A program made the translations under genes and the position numbers. A DNA stretch of 48,385 nt from a virus, in IMG/VR virus record IMGVR_UViG_3300010033_000002, positions 1-48,385 of that record. One strand, written 5' to 3'. Of the stretch, positions 40,513-48,385 are shown piece by piece; the stretch's first letter is position 1; each line of letters opens with the position of its first letter. Below the pieces are notes generated by a model. The model ran no database searches, was not told the origin of the DNA, and was given only the letters and a program-made list of their open reading frames with translations.

Positions 40513-43111
40513 CAAAACAATTGATATTATATTTGCCGGGGTCGATAACGTGTCTCAGGTTATTGACGATATTGGTAACAATGTCAATAACTTTGGCTCA
40601 GGCCTGCAAGATATATCTCAGCCTTTTCAGGATGTAACGGCGGCAGTGCTTGCAATTGACGCTGCCCTTATTGGCCTTGTTGCTACTGGAGTTGTAGTAT
40701 CCGCTGACTTAGAGTCTCAAAATAGACGCCTTCAAAATGCACTTGGCTTGCCTGCCGCTGAAGCGGAGCGATTTGGCGAAATAGCTGAACGAGTTTATAC
40801 CACAGGTTTTGCTGAAGATTTAGCAGGGGCATTTGACGCAGTTAGGTCAGCACAGCAAAGATTTAGTGATGCTACAGAGGGTGACTTGGAACGCATTGTA
40901 ACAAGTGCCCTACGCCTTGAAGAGATCTTTGGTGTTGGTTATAATGAGAGTCTTGCAGCTGCAAGGACCTTGACACAAAACTTTGGCATAACTTCACAAC
41001 AGGCGTTTGACTTTATAGCATCTGGATATCAAAGAGGCCTGGACGGTGCAGGTGATTTCCTTGAGTCAATAAATGAGTTTTCCGTTCAATTCTCTCAGGG
41101 TGGAGCGGATGCAGGTCAGTTTTTCTCTGTCCTTGAAACTGGTTTTGCGGAAGGATTCCTTGGAACGGATCGTGCAGCAGACGCTTTCAAAGAATTCAGA
41201 ATCAGGATACAAGACGGGTCACAAACAACGGCAGATGCCCTAAACCAAATAGGCCTTGGGCAACCCTTTATAGACAGCTTAAGCCGTGGTGAAACGACAG
41301 CCATACAGGCTTTTAACACTGTTATTGAAAGGCTCAGGGCAACTACAGATTCCTCAGTACAGCTACAGGCCGGTGTCGGGCTTATAGGTACCCAATTTGA
41401 GGACCTTGGCACGGATGCCGCGTTAGCCCTCAACACTGCCGCTGTGCAGTTGGACGACCTGTCAGGTAGCCTAACGGACTTAGGCGAAGATGAATTCGGG
41501 CGCAGGATAACAGCCGCATTTAGGTCAGCTTTGACAGCAGTAGGTAACCTTCCAGTATTTGATGAGCTGCGAAATAACATAGCTAACATTGCGTCCGATG
41601 TAGGCATAAACCTTGCTACAGTGATTGCAGAGATAGACACGACAGCCATTGAAGCACAGGCTGGTGAGCTGTTTAACATCTTTGCAGACTTTTTTAACCA
41701 GGCTGAGCTGGACTTGACTACCATAGAGGGCGCACAGAATGCCATTGATATCATTGTGCAAAGTATTGAATCAATGATCAATGTTACTACCGGATTGTCC
41801 GAAATAGCCCTGCCATTGCTTGGAACACTCATTGATACAGTCAATACATTCAACGAACTTGAGCCAAGTTCTCAACAACTGTTAGGCAACATATTAGCTA
41901 TAGGGTCAGCATTTGGTACCCTTGGAACTGTGTTTACAGTTGGCGGCAGTTTGCTTAGTGGTATAAGCGCAATAGCCGGGGCATTTTCCGGCACTGGGCT
42001 ATTAGCCACAGGACTGAGCGCAATTGTAGCATTACTGACAGGACCGTTAGGCTTGGCAGTTGCTCTTGCTGGTGTCACTGCCGCTGTAACTGGTTTTTCT
42101 TATGCCCAATTGGAAGAGGAAAACGAACGTATACGTGCAAGCTTGAGAGAGACAACTGAGCGTATAAACGCCATAGGTGAACAAGTTCAAGCCCTACCCG
42201 CCACGGTCAGCACTATAGAGGTATTTGCCCTTGTTGAGGCAGGACAACTTGAACAGGCTCAAGCTCTTGTAACTGAATTAACAGCCCAGGCCTACGAGAC
42301 TGAACTCGTTGCCACTGCCGAAACAGACGAGTTCTTAGCTTATATTGACGCCTTATCCAACATTCCTGAGTCAAGACAGACCGAGTTATTAGCTCTGATA
42401 AATGAGGGCAGCGTTGAAGAAATAGAGGCCTTTTTGGCCGGTATAGACGGCTCAGAGGCTACTGTGACAGTTGGTGCGAATGTAGATCAAGACTCTTTAA
42501 ACAACGCCACTGAAACTCTTGAATTCTTTGTTGAGGGTGAACGCAGGACAATAGAAGTGCCCATTGAGGCCCTTGGCGCAGACAGGGTTACAGAAGAAGT
42601 TAACCAACTTACAGCACCTAAATTGCTTGAGATACAAGTTCAGGGAGAGATTGACCAGGAAATTGCCCGTATTGAAACCAATGCAGAGACCTTGCAATCT
42701 GCTTTTCAATACCGCGCAACTGTTGACACTGCACAGATTGAAGCACAAACTGCCCGTATACAATCGGCATTTGATTCCGTCAATGCCTCTATATCATCCA
42801 CTGGTGATGTCATAGCCTCAGCACTTGGTGGTGCGGAATCAAGCAGTTTCCAGGTTAGACAGGAGTCACTTGATATACTTAATCAAGAACAGGAGCTAAG
42901 AGAACAGTCTTTTGCTTTGCAAGAGCGCCTTACAAACGCACAAATAGAAAGCTTAGAAGCACGTACAGATGCATTACGCTCAGGTGAATCAGTGATCACC
43001 ATCGAGTCGACAGGACTTGAGCCAGCCCTTGAGCTTATAATGTTTGAAATCATACAAAGGGTGCAGGTAAGAGCAAACGAAAACGCTTCAGAATTTCTGT
43101 TAGGACTATAA
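40496..43111 (+). CDS. Tape measure protein
   Basis: 871 aa, helical and Ala/Leu/Glu-rich. The central Gly/Ala hydrophobic block is GSLLSGISAIAGAFSGTGLLATGLSAIVALLTGPLGLAVALAGVTAAVTGF. It follows G/G-T. Confidence 0.9.
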   Translation: MPRDVNKTIDIIFAGVDNVSQVIDDIGNNVNNFGSGLQDISQPFQDVTAAVLAIDAALIGLVATGVVVSADLESQNRRLQNALGLPAAEAERFGEIAERVYTTGFAEDLAGAFDAVRSAQQRFSDATEGDLERIVTSALRLEEIFGVGYNESLAAARTLTQNFGITSQQAFDFIASGYQRGLDGAGDFLESINEFSVQFSQGGADAGQFFSVLETGFAEGFLGTDRAADAFKEFRIRIQDGSQTTADALNQIGLGQPFIDSLSRGETTAIQAFNTVIERLRATTDSSVQLQAGVGLIGTQFEDLGTDAALALNTAAVQLDDLSGSLTDLGEDEFGRRITAAFRSALTAVGNLPVFDELRNNIANIASDVGINLATVIAEIDTTAIEAQAGELFNIFADFFNQAELDLTTIEGAQNAIDIIVQSIESMINVTTGLSEIALPLLGTLIDTVNTFNELEPSSQQLLGNILAIGSAFGTLGTVFTVGGSLLSGISAIAGAFSGTGLLATGLSAIVALLTGPLGLAVALAGVTAAVTGFSYAQLEEENERIRASLRETTERINAIGEQVQALPATVSTIEVFALVEAGQLEQAQALVTELTAQAYETELVATAETDEFLAYIDALSNIPESRQTELLALINEGSVEEIEAFLAGIDGSEATVTVGANVDQDSLNNATETLEFFVEGERRTIEVPIEALGADRVTEEVNQLTAPKLLEIQVQGEIDQEIARIETNAETLQSAFQYRATVDTAQIEAQTARIQSAFDSVNASISSTGDVIASALGGAESSSFQVRQESLDILNQEQELREQSFALQERLTNAQIESLEARTDALRSGESVITIESTGLEPALELIMFEIIQRVQVRANENASEFLLGL

Positions 43112-43112
43112 C

Positions 43113-43457
43113 ATGTTTTTTCTATCGTCAGCAGAGGCAAACACAGGAAGGACAATAAGCATACCTGCAAGCCGTGATACTGAGGTTAACAGAAACACTG
43201 CAAGGGTCAGCCGTGAAAGGGCTTTAAACGGTAAAACTATAATTGTGCATTCAGGAGCCTTTGAAACTGACAGAACCGTGCAACTGTCTGGAAGAGTCAC
43301 AAGGGCGCAAGAGGCCATTTTATGGCAGATGTTTAACAATGATAGGACCATTGTGCTGTGTTATGACACAAGTTGTTTCCTTGCCGCTATGCAGGAGCTT
43401 AGAACAGACGGCGGGGAACTACTAATAGTATTGTATTTGAGTGAAAAAGATAACTAA
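43113..43457 (+). CDS. Minor tail protein (lambda gpM-like position and size)
   Basis: 114-aa ORF directly after the tape measure gene. Confidence 0.5.
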   Translation: MFFLSSAEANTGRTISIPASRDTEVNRNTARVSRERALNGKTIIVHSGAFETDRTVQLSGRVTRAQEAILWQMFNNDRTIVLCYDTSCFLAAMQELRTDGGELLIVLYLSEKDN

Positions 43458-43473
43458 TAATAAGGAGTAAAAC

Positions 43474-43905
43474 ATGGCCATTGTAGCAACACTTTCAAAT
43501 CATTTCAAGTTCCAGTTGGTGAGTAAACAGATTGATTTCGCAAATGACACTTTCAAAATTATTCTCATGAATACGTCCTTTGCATTTGATCCTGACACCC
43601 ATGCTACGCTTGCAGACGTTACAAGCAATCAGCTTGCATCAGGCAATGGGTACACTCAAAATGACAGGTCTTTGGCTGGTGTAACAGTTATTGAAGACGA
43701 CGCAAACGACCGCGCAAGAGTGCAGTGGACAAATGTAACCTGGACTGCCACAGGTGGGTCAATAGGTCCAACTGGTGCAGCGATTATTTATGATGACACG
43801 ACAACTGACGATACCGTGGTTGGTGCCATTGATTTTGGCACCGATTATACCATTGCAGATGGCTCAAGTTTGCAGTTCCAGAACCTGGCTTTTAACAGCA
43901 ACTGA
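43474..43905 (+). CDS. Distal tail protein, unknown function
   Basis: SD AAGGAG. Clean 143-aa ORF. Confidence 0.6.
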   Translation: MAIVATLSNHFKFQLVSKQIDFANDTFKIILMNTSFAFDPDTHATLADVTSNQLASGNGYTQNDRSLAGVTVIEDDANDRARVQWTNVTWTATGGSIGPTGAAIIYDDTTTDDTVVGAIDFGTDYTIADGSSLQFQNLAFNSN

Positions 43906-43917
43906 TAAGGGGGTCTT

Positions 43918-44934
43918 ATGGCTTACGCCGTATTAAATGAGACAACCTACACAAGTAAATCTGACTTGTTTATAGCCTTTCGAGACTTCTTATCGAGTAC
44001 AGGAACACACAACGGTACAGGTATAGGTTGGACTGTACATGATTCATCCTATGCCGTTGACTCTGCTAACCCCCAGTTAAACGACTGGGTAGTATTCCAG
44101 ACTAATGGCGAAAATGGCGATGCACCTTTTTACTTCAGATTTGAATGGACAAGTGGTAATTTTAGGTTGTCATGTGGTACTTTCTGGAATAGTACTACTA
44201 ATTCTTTCGGGTCTATAGTCATGTCTAACTTGTTTCCATTCACATCAGCGGATGCACTTACAGAGTTTGTAATGGAGATTGGCGGAGATCTGGACCAAGC
44301 CATAGTATGGTATAGGGACAGTGTGGCAACGAGTAATAGGTTTGGGTTTACTTTTGGTCGGTATACGGCTATGCAGGGATGGTCTACAGGTGTTGTTAGT
44401 ACTACATCGACTGTTTCGTCTGGCACTGACATAGCTATAACATTTGACCAGGCTTTACCCTCTGATTGGGCTGTAGGTATAGATATTACACTATGGTCAG
44501 GTGATGGCAATGTTGCCCAATGGGCCGAGATTAAAACTATTAATTCAGGAACAAATACCATAACGGCCGATATCACAAATACCATGACCGGTACACCAAT
44601 AAGGGCTTCACGTCATCTGGGTTTCGGTTGCAGTAGTAGTAGGAATCCTATAAGTTTAAACTTGATGTTTGGCTTAACCGGCGTAATTAATAACTCCCTA
44701 TCTGCCAGATCGTTTTATAATGCCTTTAGTGGCTCAGGCATAAACCCCAATCCTTTAGATGGTAGTTTTGCACTGTTTCCCTTTATATTAGGTGGTACAG
44801 GGGGTTGGGTTCTGCTTAAGCATGTGCTGGGAGGGCCTAATTTGGGTACGAGTGTCATTGCTAATGGTGACGTGCTGAACGATGGTACTGACACTTGGAA
44901 AAGATACTCTTCACTGTTCTATTGGAGACAATAA
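43918..44934 (+). CDS. Distal tail/baseplate protein, unknown function
   Basis: SD AAGGGGG. Clean 338-aa ORF. Confidence 0.6.
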   Translation: MAYAVLNETTYTSKSDLFIAFRDFLSSTGTHNGTGIGWTVHDSSYAVDSANPQLNDWVVFQTNGENGDAPFYFRFEWTSGNFRLSCGTFWNSTTNSFGSIVMSNLFPFTSADALTEFVMEIGGDLDQAIVWYRDSVATSNRFGFTFGRYTAMQGWSTGVVSTTSTVSSGTDIAITFDQALPSDWAVGIDITLWSGDGNVAQWAEIKTINSGTNTITADITNTMTGTPIRASRHLGFGCSSSRNPISLNLMFGLTGVINNSLSARSFYNAFSGSGINPNPLDGSFALFPFILGGTGGWVLLKHVLGGPNLGTSVIANGDVLNDGTDTWKRYSSLFYWRQ

Positions 44935-44935
44935 C

Positions 44936-45226
44936 ATGGCTGAGCATCCCGCAACAAGGATAGCCCTTTTTGGTCCTGGAGTGAAACCAGCGGTATTTAA
45001 CGTTGTAACTATATCAGGAACAGTTCAATCCGTTGGAGTCCCTGCCGAACGGGATCTAATCATATTCAGGAATACTAACTATACTCCACACAGGACAGGG
45101 ACCTCAGACCCGACCACAGGCGCTTACTCTATCGATGCAAACGGAGGTCCTAACGATGAGTTCATAGTGTTAGCGATAGGCGGACCTGGTGAAAATGATG
45201 CCGTGTTTGGTAACATAACTATGTAG
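44936..45226 (+). CDS. Small tail protein (96 aa; start moved to the ATG after the upstream stop)
   Basis: TAACATGG junction. Product begins MAEHPATRIALFGPGV.... Confidence 0.55.
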   Translation: MAEHPATRIALFGPGVKPAVFNVVTISGTVQSVGVPAERDLIIFRNTNYTPHRTGTSDPTTGAYSIDANGGPNDEFIVLAIGGPGENDAVFGNITM

Positions 45227-45234
45227 GTGTACAC

Positions 45235-46893
45235 ATGGCTTACACTCCACCCTTAAGTAATGCTGTCAACTTTGATTTTGGCACAGGCTACACGGCTCCT
45301 TCAAGGAATAACGTAAATTTTAACCTTGGTGGTGCCGTTGTAATTGAGTTGGATGTACCTGCCCTTGAGACTAATGCAAGCATAGACACAGAGATATTAT
45401 GGTATAGAGAACTTGAAGCACTTGAGAATGTTAGTAGCCTTGGATTTCCCGACTTTTTTATAACTGTCCTTGTCACTGAACATCATATTGACAGTACTCT
45501 TGTGGGCAATGCTGTGCCAAGGCTCCGTTTTCCTGACTTGCAGAACTTCAACACGCTGTTTTTAGAGTTCATAAATGAAGTTCCTCAAGGCGTAACGCCT
45601 GTTTCACCCAGACCTTTTGAACTATCAAATACCCTTTCTGAGCCTGCGATCCTTCAAAGACTTAATGATATAGAGTTAAGCACAACTGCAACACTTGCAG
45701 AAGAGGTTTTAATATTTGCTAACGGCACAGCTCAAAGGGAACTTGTACCCTTTGAATCTTTAGCCTCTTTAGAGGTAATGATAAGTAACACTCTAAGTCC
45801 CGATGCTTTTGAAAACACTTACACAATAGACCTTCTTGCCATAGTGATGTTCCCTGTTGGTGATCAGTACACGGTTGTACCTGAGTTTAACCTTGAATTC
45901 TCATTGGCTGAAGACTTTTTTGCTACAAGCATAGTTGTTGCGGATGACCTGTCCATCAACAATACTCTTGAACTCGGTTCAATCTATGCGGGGGCGTTAA
46001 TAGTTGATTCCTCCTTGACTCTTTTAAACAGCATAGAAGCTGCTATTTTCCCTGTTATATTGTTAACAGAATTTAACAGCTCAGATTCCATTGACGTTGA
46101 TATCCAGCCGCAGTTATTTTTACCCGGCCTTGCCTCATTATCCACGCTTGACGCTGATATATTTGACGGTGAAGTGGTGCAAGTTGAACCTCTTGAAACG
46201 CGCGGTATAATCGAAACAGATCTCCTTTTAACAGTTGAACTCTTGCCCCTTAGTACAATTGGACAATTGGACATCAGCACTATATCCGAGTTCATTGGTG
46301 CCCCGGCGTTGAACGTTTCAAGTGCATTGGAAGTAGAAAATATAAGGCTCTTCAACTTTGATAATTCCCTTATATTTTACTACTGTGTATTGACAGGAAC
46401 TGAGAATGGTCTGTCTGATATAGAGCTGGATATCAGTACTTTTCAGACAAGGCAAAGAAATAACACACCCTCTTTCCTTTCTGCAACTGTTATAGGTACA
46501 GCAAGGGCAGAGGAAATCGCTGCACGTTCAGATGGGCAGCTACAGATATTCATGGGCTACAGGATCGATGAGGCTACAGAATTCAGGCGCATAATAGCTG
46601 AGTCTTCACTTGATCAAGTGGACCAGTTTGAAGGACCTTTCTCACAGTCCATTGTACTTACTGGATATGAAGAGAGATCATTTACAGCTAAGACTATAAC
46701 ATTGCAGAACCCCATATTCTACTCTTTATCGGGGGGAAATAAACACTACAGGTTTGCAACGCCTGAAATAACTCTTAATGCTGGTGATACTGTTATAGTG
46801 GATAGTGACCAACTTACAGTAGACACAATAACAATCTATATCAAAAACTTAGAAACAGGGCCATTTAGTACTATGGAGATTACAGGTACATAA
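45235..46893 (+). CDS. Distal tail/fibre-associated protein (552 aa)
   Basis: Clean ORF. Its stop overlaps the next start (TAATG). Confidence 0.65.
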   Translation: MAYTPPLSNAVNFDFGTGYTAPSRNNVNFNLGGAVVIELDVPALETNASIDTEILWYRELEALENVSSLGFPDFFITVLVTEHHIDSTLVGNAVPRLRFPDLQNFNTLFLEFINEVPQGVTPVSPRPFELSNTLSEPAILQRLNDIELSTTATLAEEVLIFANGTAQRELVPFESLASLEVMISNTLSPDAFENTYTIDLLAIVMFPVGDQYTVVPEFNLEFSLAEDFFATSIVVADDLSINNTLELGSIYAGALIVDSSLTLLNSIEAAIFPVILLTEFNSSDSIDVDIQPQLFLPGLASLSTLDADIFDGEVVQVEPLETRGIIETDLLLTVELLPLSTIGQLDISTISEFIGAPALNVSSALEVENIRLFNFDNSLIFYYCVLTGTENGLSDIELDISTFQTRQRNNTPSFLSATVIGTARAEEIAARSDGQLQIFMGYRIDEATEFRRIIAESSLDQVDQFEGPFSQSIVLTGYEERSFTAKTITLQNPIFYSLSGGNKHYRFATPEITLNAGDTVIVDSDQLTVDTITIYIKNLETGPFSTMEITGT

Positions 46894-48385
46894 TGGGCAG
46901 AGGGAATATCATATCAGGCGGCACAGGTGGGCTGTATACTGTTGAATTGGAATTCAATAATCAATCCATACTGTTCTATATCCAACAGGTTCAGGTTGCA
47001 ATAGACCGGCTTAACGCGCTTATACCTACCCTTGAAGAAGGTAGCAGGGCCAGGAATATAGCCGTGTTGCAAAAGTTGTCTTTCGAAAAGCGTATACAGT
47101 TGTTAAACGCCAGACTGCCGAGCAATGAAACTGTAACTGCTTGGTGTGCAGATCTTACAGAAGACTTGTCAGGACAGGTAGCGACACTGGAAATTCCCGG
47201 TGAAAAAGGTATAGTACAAATTGCACCAGGGTTTTTTGATAATGCAGCATGGACACCCCAGGATGGCCTTTTAAAATCAACCATGGCCCAAAATCCACCA
47301 CAAGCCTACTATAATTTAGCTCTGTTGCCTGCCTGGCAAAAATGGAGACCCACATATAGGCATGGCTCTATAACACGCTTAGACGGCGATATATGCGATT
47401 TAACGGTTGACACAACAGCATCCAGTCAACAAGGTCTAAACATCAATCAGACACCTACACTTGAAAACGTGAACATTGAGTATATGACGTGCAATGGTGC
47501 AGCATTTGAAGTTGGCGACAGCGTGTTAATTGAGTTTATGCAGCAGGATTGGGCACAGCCAAAAGTCATAGGGTTTAAGGACAGCCCAAGGCCCTGTATA
47601 GGGCTGTTTATAATTATCACATTCGGAGCTTATGTAACAGTTTGGGATGTGGAAAACAATCAAGTGGCCGACTCCGCCACTAACAACCAGGGCGATCCCG
47701 TAGTATTTCCTGCACTTGCTGATGATATAGTCGATTGGGCAAGCCAGTTCAAGGTTGTAGGCAGCAATTCTTTTACTGATAAATTAGGCTTTCGTCAGGT
47801 AACGGGAACTTTCCTTGATAGCACTGTAACATCGACACCTACAAGCAACCCTAATATACGCTGTATTAATATAGTTTCCACGAGTAATAATCAACCTCCG
47901 CCTTATGAGCTTGTTGATAATCTTGGAGAAGAAGAGCAACAACCGGAGTGGACAGGTTCTGGCAATGCCTGTAGCGATAACATCACAAGGGAACGCTCAG
48001 GTACTTCCACTGCCACTCTCTTGGCACCAACAGGCGGCCAAGGACTACCTACTCCTATTCTAAGGTCAGTGCAAAACTTCCCAAACCGTGAACGCTCTTT
48101 TGCATTACAAGTTGAAACTCACATTGACTATGAGGAATACTTTTGTGCAAACAGGGGTGAGCCTCTATGCTGTGGTCCAGCTTGCAAGAGCCTTGATGTA
48201 TTCTCACAAGTGTATTTTGAAAGAAACACATACACTTTGAAAAGTCCTTTTAGTGACTTGTCGGAATATGAGTGGACTGCCACAATTGAATCTCAATGGG
48301 AGTCTTCAATATCAAGGACAACGGGCACAGGTCCTTGTGACCCAATATGTGAACAAGAACTATCAAACACGCCTGAAATTGAATA
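46893..48385 (+). CDS. 5' part of the wrap-around distal tail/fibre-like gene (total about 638 aa, with 124..547)
   Basis: I translated this frame by hand from the ATG at 46893 (MGRGNIISGGTGGLYTVELEF...) to the window end and found no stop. The ORF track omits it because it has no stop inside the window. The C-terminal third is Cys-rich. Confidence 0.85.
   Translation, partial: MGRGNIISGGTGGLYTVELEFNNQSILFYIQQVQVAIDRLNALIPTLEEGSRARNIAVLQKLSFEKRIQLLNARLPSNETVTAWCADLTEDLSGQVATLEIPGEKGIVQIAPGFFDNAAWTPQDGLLKSTMAQNPPQAYYNLALLPAWQKWRPTYRHGSITRLDGDICDLTVDTTASSQQGLNINQTPTLENVNIEYMTCNGAAFEVGDSVLIEFMQQDWAQPKVIGFKDSPRPCIGLFIIITFGAYVTVWDVENNQVADSATNNQGDPVVFPALADDIVDWASQFKVVGSNSFTDKLGFRQVTGTFLDSTVTSTPTSNPNIRCINIVSTSNNQPPPYELVDNLGEEEQQPEWTGSGNACSDNITRERSGTSTATLLAPTGGQGLPTPILRSVQNFPNRERSFALQVETHIDYEEYFCANRGEPLCCGPACKSLDVFSQVYFERNTYTLKSPFSDLSEYEWTATIESQWESSISRTTGTGPCDPICEQELSNTPEIE
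48263..48385. repeat. Terminal direct repeat, right copy (identical to 1..123)
   Basis: Same 123-nt string as 1..123. Confidence 0.9.

Noticed and set aside
43113-48385. Tail-fibre diversification systems (a DGR template/variable repeat pair, or an invertible fibre segment).
   Set aside because: No reverse transcriptase or invertase gene is present, and I saw no near-identical repeat pair within the fibre genes.
1-48385. A lysogeny module (integrase, CI/Cro-type switch, attP) or a partition system.
   Set aside because: No tyrosine or serine recombinase motifs, ParA/ParB or protelomerase were recognisable in any ORF. The only HTH candidate is the small protein at 11643-11939. Absence is judged by eye and should be confirmed by profile searches.

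Overview
The window is a complete, closed tailed-phage genome. Bases 1-123 are identical to 48263-48385, so the unique length is 48262 bp. The repeat lies inside a tail-fibre-like ORF that wraps around the window ends. The genome has two arms. Arm 1 (1134-20005, minus strand) is an early replication and recombination arm: family A DNA polymerase, UvrD-like SF1 helicase, AEP PrimPol, PD-(D/E)XK nuclease, VRR-NUC nuclease, SNF2 helicase, a Topo VI-A/Spo11-like 'mini-A' protein, an ATP-dependent ligase, a MazG-like protein and many small Cys-rich proteins, including a four-member paralogous family. Next comes a 1.76-kb ORF-poor control region (20006-21768), followed by a short minus-strand unit with a GH108 endolysin and a GC-rich promoter-gene-terminator 'moron' (23099-23635). 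Arm 2 (24107 to the wrap point, plus strand) is a siphovirus-type morphogenesis arm: TerS, TerL, a 5.9-kb inserted accessory module with Sec-signal proteins, a portal-MuF fusion, an HK97-type protease and capsid, a connector, the major tail protein, G/G-T chaperones with a -1 frameshift, the tape measure and distal tail/fibre genes. I found no integrase, repressor, tRNA, CRISPR array, reverse transcriptase or methyltransferase. The least-explained signals are: a roughly 155-nt intergenic element present in three copies; a roughly 530-bp concentric imperfect palindrome with TGATAT arrays in the ORF-poor region; a MazG-like protein ending in an SSB-type DDEIPF tip; and the exported giant protein module between terminase and portal. 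All functional calls rest on motifs read by eye from the supplied translations. No database search was possible.
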